From: Clostridia bacterium
GTDB lineage: Bacteria > Bacillota > Clostridia > JAAYHZ01
DNA: 64,000 bases
Assembly: GCA_050950825.1 (NCBI GenBank)
Contig: JBMNIH010000003.1
Location: 64,001-128,000 of the forward strand
Reading direction: 5' to 3'
Part shown: piece by piece, positions 18,426 through 27,539 of the stretch
Position numbering within the stretch: the stretch's first letter is position 1
How the letters are laid out: each line of letters begins with the position of its first letter
Made by a program: the position numbers and the translations under genes
Notes under the pieces: generated by a model
Databases searched by the model: none
What the model was told of the DNA's origin: nothing
What the model saw: the letters and a program-made list of their open reading frames with translations, nothing else

Positions 18426-20087
18426 GTGACGGATGAAAAGGACGTAAAAATGATGGGATTAATCGGCTTTAATGCCGATGCCGAAAGCGATGAGGAAAAA
18501 GAAGCGTATCTCGGGGACCGGCCGAATGACGTAATCCGTGTAAAATCAACGGATTTTATAGGGGTTCCTTTGACGCTGCCGGACGGAAGGGTGATGCTGT
18601 GGAATACGGTAAAAGAGGAAGACCGCTGGACGGCACAAGCCGTCGTATCTTCCGATAACGGCATATCATGGTCGAAGCCTTTCGAATTGTTTACATTCCC
18701 CGAAAGAAAAGACTGCCAATGGTACGGAGGAGCCGCCCTTGCGGATGACAAAGGCTATATTCATCTTTTCGGACTTGAGTACTATTCCTTCAGCTTTGAA
18801 AAAAGGCATACATCCAAATCCCTCTTGTACCATGTAATGTCCCAAGACGGGGGAAATACGTGGCTTCCGATAAAGAACCCGGACTTTGGCTACAGCTACA
18901 CCGGATCCTCCAATAACGCGTTTCAATCGAATACGGGAAGAATCTTTGCCCCCATAAGCGCGTTATCGGACAGAAAAATCGGCGTATGGGTCAGCCTGTG
19001 CCCCTATTCCGACGATAACGGCCTTACATGGAACAAGCCTGTCAATGAGGTTGCCATCAACACCGGAGCCGCCGATTGGTATGAAAGCGGTGCCGCCGAA
19101 CCCGTGGGAATACAGTTAAAAGACGGCAGGATATGGCTTTTGCCCCGCTCCCAAGACGGCTTTCATTGGGAAACCTATTCTTACGACGACGGCATTACTT
19201 GGACAAAGCCGAAGCATACGCGATTTATTAGCAACCAATCGGCCATGGCCATAACAAGACTTAAGGACCGGTCCCTCCTCCTTATATGGAACAACTGCGG
19301 AGCCGACGGTTTAGGTCCCATCCATTGGGGTGCCGCCGAAAGGGCGGTTGCCGCTGCCGCCATATCCTTCGACGAAGGGAAGACGTGGAAAGGGTATCGA
19401 GAAATCGGACGGGTCATATCCAATTCGGAAATCGGCTATCCTTATGTGACGGAAATGCCCAACGGAAGAGTATTGGTGAAAATCGGGAAAATGCTCGTGG
19501 ATGTGGATCCGAAGTTTCTTCTACGAACTCGGTTTGACGAAGATTTCCGATACGGGTTAAGGCGGTGGTCCACCTTAGCCGCACATGGACCGACAATCGA
19601 TTACGATCCTTTTGACAAGACGAGAAAAGTAATGAAGGTTGTAAAGCCGAAAAGCGATGTCCCTTCCGGAGCATGTATCAACTTCCCTTACGGGGAAAAA
19701 GGCTCGTTGGCCTTTGAAATTATGATCAACGAAGGCTTCCAAGGCGCTCACTTTACCCTTTCGGACCATTTTGACCTTCCCGGCTTGGAAAGAGAAGGCA
19801 GCTTTCCCGTTGTCATCGATAAAAAAGGCAGGGTTCATCTAAACGGAAGCGGAGGAAGCCTGCTTCCTACCCCCGGCGACCTTACCTTCAATCAATGGCA
19901 TACGTTGTCCGTTCGTTGGGATTGCAGGGAGCATGAAGCGGAATTGTATTTGGACGACGAAGAAATCGGAAGGCTTCATCAATATGTTTGTACGGAAGGC
20001 CTCTGCTATTTCCGAACCCGTTTATTATCAAAAGACACAGACCTGTCGGGCTTTTTCATAAGATCCTTGACGGCCGAAACAGAGTAG
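18426..20087 (+). CDS. BNR/Asp-box sialidase-like propeller with C-terminal ConA-like beta-sandwich
   Basis: Five Asp-boxes: SSDNGISW, SQDGGNTW, SDDNGLTW, SYDDGITW, SFDEGKTW. Also EP.G.QLKDGRI and GYP; C-terminal QWHTLSVRWD. Confidence 0.82.
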   Translation: MTDEKDVKMMGLIGFNADAESDEEKEAYLGDRPNDVIRVKSTDFIGVPLTLPDGRVMLWNTVKEEDRWTAQAVVSSDNGISWSKPFELFTFPERKDCQWYGGAALADDKGYIHLFGLEYYSFSFEKRHTSKSLLYHVMSQDGGNTWLPIKNPDFGYSYTGSSNNAFQSNTGRIFAPISALSDRKIGVWVSLCPYSDDNGLTWNKPVNEVAINTGAADWYESGAAEPVGIQLKDGRIWLLPRSQDGFHWETYSYDDGITWTKPKHTRFISNQSAMAITRLKDRSLLLIWNNCGADGLGPIHWGAAERAVAAAAISFDEGKTWKGYREIGRVISNSEIGYPYVTEMPNGRVLVKIGKMLVDVDPKFLLRTRFDEDFRYGLRRWSTLAAHGPTIDYDPFDKTRKVMKVVKPKSDVPSGACINFPYGEKGSLAFEIMINEGFQGAHFTLSDHFDLPGLEREGSFPVVIDKKGRVHLNGSGGSLLPTPGDLTFNQWHTLSVRWDCREHEAELYLDDEEIGRLHQYVCTEGLCYFRTRLLSKDTDLSGFFIRSLTAETE

Positions 20088-20108
20088 TTATAAAAAGAAA
20101 GCCGGTGC

Positions 20109-20140
20109 AAAGCCTTCGGAACCTATCCGAAGGCTTTTTT
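20109..20140 (+). terminator. Rho-independent terminator after sialidase-like gene
   Basis: AAAGCCTTCGGA-ACCTA-TCCGAAGGCTTT-TTT. Confidence 0.8.
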
Positions 20141-20276
20141 ATCTGCCGGTTGTCGAATAGTTATCTTCCTTTCATGTTCATGTTATGGTAATATTATGTA
20201 CAAAGGGAATCATCATACATGAACATCCGTATCCACTGAACACGTAAAAAATACAACATGCAAGGAGGAAATTCAT

Positions 20277-20354
20277 ATGCTGTATTTTATATTGTTTCTT
20301 CTGCTTCTACCGTTGTTTATACTCTTCGAGTCGGCAAAAAGAACGAAAAAGTAA
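20277..20354 (+). CDS. Small hydrophobic peptide, 25 aa (MLYFILFLLLLPLFILFESAKRTKK)
   Basis: AAGGAGG 8 nt upstream of the ATG; single TM-like segment with a basic tail; below the ORF-track cutoff. Confidence 0.6.
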   Translation: MLYFILFLLLLPLFILFESAKRTKK

Positions 20355-20495
20355 TCATAGATTTGCTTCTTGTGTTTTTTGTCGCTATTGACCTGCAAAG
20401 TATGATATGATATATCTATATATGTATATTTTTTCATTTTTAATCATATTTTGTGGGTTGTGTTTTATCGTTTACCCAACAAAGGAGCATATACG

Positions 20496-22253
20496 ATGTC
20501 GTACATACGTCTTTTTAATTGTAATGAAGGGAAAGAATATTCATATAATGAAGCATTAGGCATAGAATTCGTTTACACAAACATAAAGCAAAACGCACAA
20601 ATCTATTTTGGAATCACGCCTCTTATAGATCGGAGCATAACCGTTGATCTTTCCGATCCCGACTTTATAGCTAAAGACGATGAAGGTTCTCTTGTTATCG
20701 TACTGTTTCAGCAGCCTTTGGATATGAATGTTCTTTCGAAAGGGGTTTATTATCTCGACAAACTGAACTTGGATCCGTCTATCGATAAGAAGAAGACTAA
20801 GGTTCTCTGCATATCTCATATTTTTCAGCCTTTTGATGTGTATACGGCATCCTTATTAAATCGTAACATCCGATTGGTACGTTTTACTCTCTACTCCGAT
20901 AACCTGCTTTTATTCGAACAAGTTTATCCGAATCAACATTATCAAGCTCTGCATGAAATACTTGATCTTAAAGACACGGCAAATTGGACGGCTCAAACAA
21001 AGACTTCTGCGAATGCACCGAATACGGCCCTTCGAGTCGCAAGAAAAAAAACCAATCTATGCGGCATCGGGCATTGTACGATAAAAAATAACCGCCATTA
21101 TGTCGTATTTCCGAATCATCAAGCCGTCGAAATATTGGACTTGCCGGAATACTTCTATTTGGCGGAAGGCCAATTTGTGTTGGTTGACGAATACGGTTCT
21201 TTTAAGTATGCATACAACTACATATGGGAAGATAATGCCCTCAACCATATTATAGGCAGCTTTGCCGTAGTAAAAATCCAAGACAACAAAACATATATCG
21301 ATAAAGGCAACGGTGTCATGCATCCATTAATGAAGGATACTCCGATTGAAATAAAGGATAAATCCATCGTATCCGTAGATAAAAACAACCGCTTCATCCG
21401 ATATTACAAACCCCTCAAACGCATTGCGGACAGCTTCATGAAATCGGTAAAAACAAAAGGGCACCAAATGGTGTTTGTTACGGATATCAATAACGAAGGG
21501 GTTTATATAAGAGACGTGGAAACGGGAAAAGAATACATAAAAAACATCGACCGGCAAAACCAAAAATGCAAAAAGTATTCCGTTTTATGTTTAAACCAAG
21601 ACAAAATCGTAACGGCATTTGCATCGAAAAACTTCTATACCCACTCCTCGTATTATAACCGGATTCGATACGGTATCGTTGACAAGGAAGAAGAGGCCGT
21701 GTATGTTAAAACATTAGACGGTGAACGAATACGGATAGACAAACCTTCGGATTCTTTGGAAAACGGACAAATCGTATGTGTTGACGAGTTCAGTCAAATT
21801 ATACGGTGTATCGAGCATCCCGAAGAAGAGAGCGGATTTATCAATGCACAAAAAAATACCGGTGAAAAAAACGACGATAAGAAAGATACGGAAGACGATA
21901 AAAACCGGGAAGAGGATAAACCGCAGAAGATTGAGATCATAGGAACGGCTTTGGTTTTAGGAAACAATAGCTTTGCAAATTCCTATAAGCTAAGTTTATT
22001 AAAATGCGGCTACTTGGCTCGTGTTTTGGAAGGATACGAGCCTTGGGCCAAAATCAAAGCATTAATGAAAGGAGTTGACATCATTGTCGTTGTCACCTCC
22101 CACGTATCTCATGAAAACATGTACAGAATAAAGAAAGAAGTGACGGACATACCGGTCATCTATTCCGAATTTGACGGCGCAAACCGTATACAGCTGCTGA
22201 TCTCCGAACGGCTTTCCTCTTCACCCGTTGAAGAGGAGCAAGAAGCGTTATAA
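20496..22253 (+). CDS. Hypothetical protein with internal beta-rich repeats and C-terminal DUF2325-like domain
   Basis: AAAGGAG RBS before ATG 20496. C-terminal ALVLGN...GVDIIVVVTSHVSHENM...IPVIYS resembles DUF2325. Confidence 0.65.
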   Translation: MSYIRLFNCNEGKEYSYNEALGIEFVYTNIKQNAQIYFGITPLIDRSITVDLSDPDFIAKDDEGSLVIVLFQQPLDMNVLSKGVYYLDKLNLDPSIDKKKTKVLCISHIFQPFDVYTASLLNRNIRLVRFTLYSDNLLLFEQVYPNQHYQALHEILDLKDTANWTAQTKTSANAPNTALRVARKKTNLCGIGHCTIKNNRHYVVFPNHQAVEILDLPEYFYLAEGQFVLVDEYGSFKYAYNYIWEDNALNHIIGSFAVVKIQDNKTYIDKGNGVMHPLMKDTPIEIKDKSIVSVDKNNRFIRYYKPLKRIADSFMKSVKTKGHQMVFVTDINNEGVYIRDVETGKEYIKNIDRQNQKCKKYSVLCLNQDKIVTAFASKNFYTHSSYYNRIRYGIVDKEEEAVYVKTLDGERIRIDKPSDSLENGQIVCVDEFSQIIRCIEHPEEESGFINAQKNTGEKNDDKKDTEDDKNREEDKPQKIEIIGTALVLGNNSFANSYKLSLLKCGYLARVLEGYEPWAKIKALMKGVDIIVVVTSHVSHENMYRIKKEVTDIPVIYSEFDGANRIQLLISERLSSSPVEEEQEAL

Positions 22254-22429
22254 CGTTCATCAAGCCTTATCTCTTTTTTCGTAATTTGGCACGGTCTTTT
22301 CCCGATTATCGTATTCTTTTTCCGGGATTATAGTATAATCGTAGTGTGAGGGTTCCTCGGCAAGCTTTCGAATAAAAAAGCTTGTCGAAAGATTATCTTT
22401 TTTATCAGTTGCTTTTAAGGAGGTCCGTT

Positions 22430-23278
22430 ATGATACCTACTGTTGATTTTTACGGTCATAAAATCACCCGCCTGATGATAGGCAGTAATCCTTTTACCGG
22501 CCATTCCTATATCGAATCGAAGCATAGCGGTGAAGAAATGATGGATTACTATACCGCGGAAAATTGCGTTCGAACCTTGTTTGAAGCCGAAAGCTTAGGC
22601 ATTAATACCTTTATGACTTCGGCAGATCCGTTTATCTTCCGCGTTATTCGGCAATACAAGAACGAAGGCGGTAAAATGAACATCATGTTCCAGTCCTACC
22701 CGGCGATGGATTTAGCGGTGAATCTGCGAATGATGTTAAAGTGCGAGCCTGTAGCCATATACCACCAAGGAACAAACACGGATTATTTATTTGAACAAGG
22801 GCAGATTGACACCATACGCCAAAATATCAAAACCATTAAAAGCTCCGGCGTTATTACGGGATTAGGTACCCACGTACCGGAAACGCTATTGCAAGCGGAA
22901 GAAGAGGATTGGGGCGCCGACTTTTACAGCGCCTGCTTGTACAACGCCAGAAGACAAAACCGCGGCGAGCAAAGCGGCTTTATAACCGGCAAGACCAAAG
23001 CCCACCTTGTTTTTTATCCGGAGGACCGTTTCATTATGTTTGATGCCATCAAAAAGGTTTCCAAACCGGTTATCGCTTTTAAAACCTTTGCCGGAGGTCA
23101 AATCTTTTTAGGAAAAGCACCGGAAGAAATCCCGGCCATAGCGGAGCAGTACCTAAAAGAAACGTATGAGAATATAAAGCCTATCGATATGGTCATGATC
23201 GGTGTATTCCAGAAATATAAAAACGAATTGAAAGAAAACGTAGAAATCGCAAAGAAAATTTTCAGCGAAATAAAATGA
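22430..23278 (+). CDS. Aldo/keto-reductase-fold hypothetical protein
   Basis: ITRLMIGSNPF.GHS, GINTF, YHQG, GLGTH.PE, KPVIAFKTFAGG; AAGGAGGT RBS. Confidence 0.65.
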   Translation: MIPTVDFYGHKITRLMIGSNPFTGHSYIESKHSGEEMMDYYTAENCVRTLFEAESLGINTFMTSADPFIFRVIRQYKNEGGKMNIMFQSYPAMDLAVNLRMMLKCEPVAIYHQGTNTDYLFEQGQIDTIRQNIKTIKSSGVITGLGTHVPETLLQAEEEDWGADFYSACLYNARRQNRGEQSGFITGKTKAHLVFYPEDRFIMFDAIKKVSKPVIAFKTFAGGQIFLGKAPEEIPAIAEQYLKETYENIKPIDMVMIGVFQKYKNELKENVEIAKKIFSEIK

Positions 23279-23294
23279 CAACGAGGTAGATAGA

Positions 23295-25937
23295 ATGGAC
23301 TCCCAATTCAAAACGGCGATTTACAACAATAGGAATTACCCCATCGAAGAACGTGTACAAGATCTGCTTTCGAAAATGACCTTGGAAGAAAAGGTCCGCC
23401 AAATGGACATGTACCAAGGCTCCATGTTCGTTAACAAAATGTCTTCCATCAGCCGAACCGCAGCCGGTCCCGACACGAAATTCGTAAAAGAAAAAGCCGC
23501 CGCCGTAAGCAATGGAATCGGCGTAGGATGCATTCACGACCTTTACCCCATAGACTCGGACCTGTCCAACACCATACAGGAATTTGTAATCAATGACTCT
23601 CGTTTAGGGATACCTGTTCTCTTTTCCGAGGAAGCCTTGCACGGATTAAGCAGCCCCGGGAACACCATATTCCCGCAAGCCATCTGTATGGCTTCTACCT
23701 GGAATGAAGATTTGGTTTTCCAAACTGCAAGAGCCATCGCTTCCGAAACCCGCTCCAAAGGAATTCATCTGGTTTTTAATCCGGTATTGGAAATCGCCAG
23801 AGATCCCCGCTGGGGACGTACGGAAGAAACCTACGGAGAAGATACATGCCTTGCATCGAGATTGGCTTACTCCATGGTAAGGGGGCTTCAAGGAGATTCC
23901 TTATCCTCCCATGATTCCGTTGTATCCGAAGTGAAGCATTTTGCCGTTCACTCCATACCCAACGGCGGATTGAACTGCATGAGCTGTTCCGTAGGAGAGC
24001 GGATGATCCGTTCCGACTTTTTACCTGTTTTCAAATCCGCCATCGTAGACGGCAAAGCCATGTCGGTGATGTGCGCATACCATTCCATCGACGGAATCCC
24101 TTGCGCCGCCTCCAAATGGCTCTTAACGGATGTATTAAGAGGCGAATGGGGCTTTCAAGGCTTCGTCTGCTCGGATTTAGGCGCCATCAAGCGGCTTCAT
24201 ACCATTCACCATGTTGCCGATTCCTTCGAGGACGCCATCCGGCAAGCGGTGGAAGCCGGCGTGGATATGCAGTTTTTCGACTTTGACAATGACTTTTTCC
24301 AAAACGCTTTAATTTCTTTGGTAAAAAGCGGCGCTTTGTCCGAAGCGGCTATTAACCGTGCCGTTTCCTCCATCTTAAGAGTGAAGTTCATGTTAGGGCT
24401 GTTCGATAATCCGTATGTCGATACGAGCCTTTCGAAAAAAGTAACCAGATCGAAAAAGCATTTGGATACTAGCTTGGAGGTGGCAAGGCAAGGAATCTGC
24501 CTTTTGAAAAACGAAAACGGTCTTCTTCCCCTTTCGAAAGAATTAACGAAAATTGCCGTTATCGGGCCGAATGCGGACCGTTTGCCCTTAGGAGACTACA
24601 CGCCTCCCGTTTACGGCTTTAAAGAAGTCACCTTGTTAGAAGGTATCAAGAGCATCGTTAAGGACCCCGAGTCGGTAATCTATGAAAAAGGATGCTCCAT
24701 TCGAGAAATCGACATGGATCCTGTAAACGGAAAATACTTCATGACACCGGACGGATCCATGCAAGGCTTGAAAGGCGAATACTTCAACGATATATCCATG
24801 GAAAAGAATCCGGACGTAACAAGAATCGATCCGGCCGTCGACTTTAACTTTATCATGCAGATACCCGGAGACGGCATCAACAGCGACGAGTTTGCCGTAA
24901 GATGGTCGGGATACCTTGTTCCCGAGATATCCGGAACCGCTTCTGTAGGCTTCATATCCCAAGACAGCTATCGGGTATTTATCGAGGGAAAATGTGTTTT
25001 GGATTCTTGGAAGCCGGGCTCGGAAAAAACCCTTGCCGAATACGAGTTTGAGAAGAATAAAAAATATCCGATTGTTATCGAGTATAAAAAGCATAAGGGC
25101 GGCGGAAGAGCGGCCAAGCTGTGCTGGAGCTTTGATGAGGACGATATAAATAAAGCGGTAGAAGCCGCAAAAAATGCCGATGTGGCCATTGTGGCGTTAG
25201 GGGAATCAAGAGATTTATGCGGTGAATCAAGAGATCGCTCGGATCTCAGTCTCACCGGAAGACAAGAAGAATTGCTCATGAAGATATATGAAACGGGAAC
25301 TCCCGTGGTAGCCGTTCTGTTCAACGGAAGGCCGTTGACCGTAAGCCGGGTACAAAAGCATATACCGGCAATTATTGAAGCGTGGTTCCCGGGAGATCGA
25401 GGCGGTATTGCCATTGCCGAGATCCTTTTCGGATTATGCAACCCGTCCGGCAAGCTACCCATCTCCTTCCCCAAAAATGTAGGCCAGCTCCCTATTTACT
25501 ACAACCGACCGGAGGCCGGCAAAAGACGCTATGTGGATTCCGATTCTTTACCCTTGTATGCCTTCGGAGACGGATTGAGCTATTCCACATTTGTTTACAA
25601 TAACTTAAAGCTTTCAAAAGAAACCATGTCACCGGACGAAGAAGTGACCGTATCGGTAGATATAACAAACGCAAGCGAAAGAGACGGATACGAAACCGTC
25701 ATGCTGTTTATTACCGATGTATTCTCCAGCGTCGTGACTCCGGACATCGCCCTCAAGGATTTCAAAAAGGTGTTTATAAAAGGAGAAGAAACGATAACGG
25801 TAAGCTTCCAAGTAGGCTTTGACCATCTTAAGCTTCTGAATCGGAGCATGACCGAAACCATAGAAAAAGGAACCTTTGAAATCCATGTAGGAGGAAACCT
25901 GAAGAATACATTGAAAAAAGAATTGAATGTCATATAG
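23295..25937 (+). CDS. GH3 beta-glucosidase/xylosidase with PA14 insertion and Fn3-like C-terminus
   Basis: MTLEEK, SRLGIP..EEALHG, RDPRWGR.EETYGED, KHF, LRGEWGFQGFVCSD, GLKGEYF (PA14), PSGKLPISFP, FGDGLSY. Confidence 0.95.
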   Translation: MDSQFKTAIYNNRNYPIEERVQDLLSKMTLEEKVRQMDMYQGSMFVNKMSSISRTAAGPDTKFVKEKAAAVSNGIGVGCIHDLYPIDSDLSNTIQEFVINDSRLGIPVLFSEEALHGLSSPGNTIFPQAICMASTWNEDLVFQTARAIASETRSKGIHLVFNPVLEIARDPRWGRTEETYGEDTCLASRLAYSMVRGLQGDSLSSHDSVVSEVKHFAVHSIPNGGLNCMSCSVGERMIRSDFLPVFKSAIVDGKAMSVMCAYHSIDGIPCAASKWLLTDVLRGEWGFQGFVCSDLGAIKRLHTIHHVADSFEDAIRQAVEAGVDMQFFDFDNDFFQNALISLVKSGALSEAAINRAVSSILRVKFMLGLFDNPYVDTSLSKKVTRSKKHLDTSLEVARQGICLLKNENGLLPLSKELTKIAVIGPNADRLPLGDYTPPVYGFKEVTLLEGIKSIVKDPESVIYEKGCSIREIDMDPVNGKYFMTPDGSMQGLKGEYFNDISMEKNPDVTRIDPAVDFNFIMQIPGDGINSDEFAVRWSGYLVPEISGTASVGFISQDSYRVFIEGKCVLDSWKPGSEKTLAEYEFEKNKKYPIVIEYKKHKGGGRAAKLCWSFDEDDINKAVEAAKNADVAIVALGESRDLCGESRDRSDLSLTGRQEELLMKIYETGTPVVAVLFNGRPLTVSRVQKHIPAIIEAWFPGDRGGIAIAEILFGLCNPSGKLPISFPKNVGQLPIYYNRPEAGKRRYVDSDSLPLYAFGDGLSYSTFVYNNLKLSKETMSPDEEVTVSVDITNASERDGYETVMLFITDVFSSVVTPDIALKDFKKVFIKGEETITVSFQVGFDHLKLLNRSMTETIEKGTFEIHVGGNLKNTLKKELNVI

Positions 25938-25965
25938 TCTTTAGGATCAATAACTTGAAAACCTT

Positions 25966-25996
25966 GAAACCCTACATCTTGTAGGGTTTCTTTTTT
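25966..25996 (+). terminator. Rho-independent terminator after GH3 gene
   Basis: GAAACCCTACA-TCT-TGTAGGGTTTC-TTTTTT. Confidence 0.8.
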
Positions 25997-26259
25997 CTAT
26001 AGAATGCAGAGGATTCCTGAGAATTCTTGCGTTTTACTGTAATATTTTTACCTAACCGGTAACCTCTTATTTGCCGTGGTCAGCCGGATTCGATATAATG
26101 AATTTATCCATGAGGTTAAGAGAGTTCACCGATAAGATTGAAATTGTTGTTTTTTAGGTCGTTTTCTTGTCGTTACTGTTATTCATCCTTGTCAGAACCA
26201 CGATGGGTATTTTTTCTACTATATATTATGTGATAAAAAACACCGGAGGAGGTTTTTTA

Positions 26260-26637
26260 ATGTACGCGGAGAATTTTAAGCAGGTCGGTGAAAATATTCG
26301 GCAGGCATTGAAAAATCGAGGAATGACGCGGCAGCAGCTTGCCGATCGTTTGGGTATTTCCGAACAAGCCGTGAACAGAATCATCAACGGAAAGAAAGCA
26401 ATTAACATCATGGAGCTTTCGCAGGTTGCTTCAATCCTAGACATTTCACCGGACGAACTCCTATCCGTTAAAAATCCGATTCAAATGGAAAATAAAAAAC
26501 AATTGTTTACGGATGAATTAAAAAATGAAGAAGTCCATCGTAATATTGACTTTCTTCGAAACGTAATAGATCAAATCCGAATATTGGAGGATCTGATTCA
26601 TGAGCAAGATCAAGAATCGGATAATCCCATGGATTAA
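26260..26637 (+). CDS. XRE-family HTH transcriptional regulator
   Basis: VGENIRQ...GMTRQQLADRLGISEQAVNRIING...ELSQVASILDIS; GGAGGAGG RBS before ATG 26260. Confidence 0.88.
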   Translation: MYAENFKQVGENIRQALKNRGMTRQQLADRLGISEQAVNRIINGKKAINIMELSQVASILDISPDELLSVKNPIQMENKKQLFTDELKNEEVHRNIDFLRNVIDQIRILEDLIHEQDQESDNPMD

Positions 26638-26682
26638 GCTTTGAAATTTTGTCTTGTACCAAAAAGGGTCCGCTTTGATTTT

Positions 26683-26762
26683 TCCTTTTATCATGCAATA
26701 TATTGCGTATGAAGTTCCCTATCTTGAATTTATTACCGCCGTGGCTGTTTAAGCAGTAAGAT
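26683..26762 (-). pseudogene. ~80 bp relic of a creatininase-family gene
   Basis: Aligns to 30288-30366 with about 9 mismatches and 1 indel by manual count. It reads ILLLNSHGGNKFKIGNFIRNILHDK once one extra base is removed. Confidence 0.85.
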
Positions 26763-27539
26763 CTACTAGCTCAAGGAATATTCATCCGGTTGCATTTAAC
26801 GAAGTCTTAGCAATTGAGAACACTCGTAAACGCCGGAAGAACTAATCTGTGAGAACGAACTCATCATAGCAAATAAAACGGCTGTTTTTATCAGCTGACT
26901 TCGAAGATCAAATCTTAACGCATTTATTCCTAAGTTGCCGGAGTACTGCAAGAGAAAATCGGTCCATAAAGATGCGTCCTTATCGATTCTATTTAACTTT
27001 TCAATTAAAATTATTATATATTGTTATATTATTTTGATATTTACTATATTTTATGTTATGCTTTACTAGTGTTTAAAATATGATGCTAATAATCCAAGAA
27101 GTACTAGCCAACAAAGTGCTTTACGGTATTGATTCTCCTATCCCGGTGAGCTTTAACTGTAATCATTAGATGAACAACTTTAGTTAATATTCCAACAAAA
27201 AAAATTAATATAAAAATATGGAAAGGATTAACGTTCAATAGATAATCTCACAACAGCATAACCTTAAATAACTCTGCAAGTATATAAATCATTTAAATAT
27301 TGGCGGAGGTGAAGATTGATATAAACACAATACTCAGTATTTAATCATCAAAGGTATTGGCTTGTCTTATTAGTCAAGGAGTCCAAAATGTTAGCAACAA
27401 CATATTCCCACACAGTCAGGCAATCAAAAACATATTTTCACCAATGTCTGTATCTGTCCGGATAATGCAGGCATATCTTAATCCTCAAGGTAAAAAAAAC
27501 ATTAAGCTTCATACTTTATTAATGAAATGGAGGGTAATA

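Noticed and set aside
26829-26960. Fragments TPEELICENEL / DFEDQILTHLFL resembling sigma-factor region 3-4
   Set aside because: Short, spread over different frames and could be chance; needs BLASTX.
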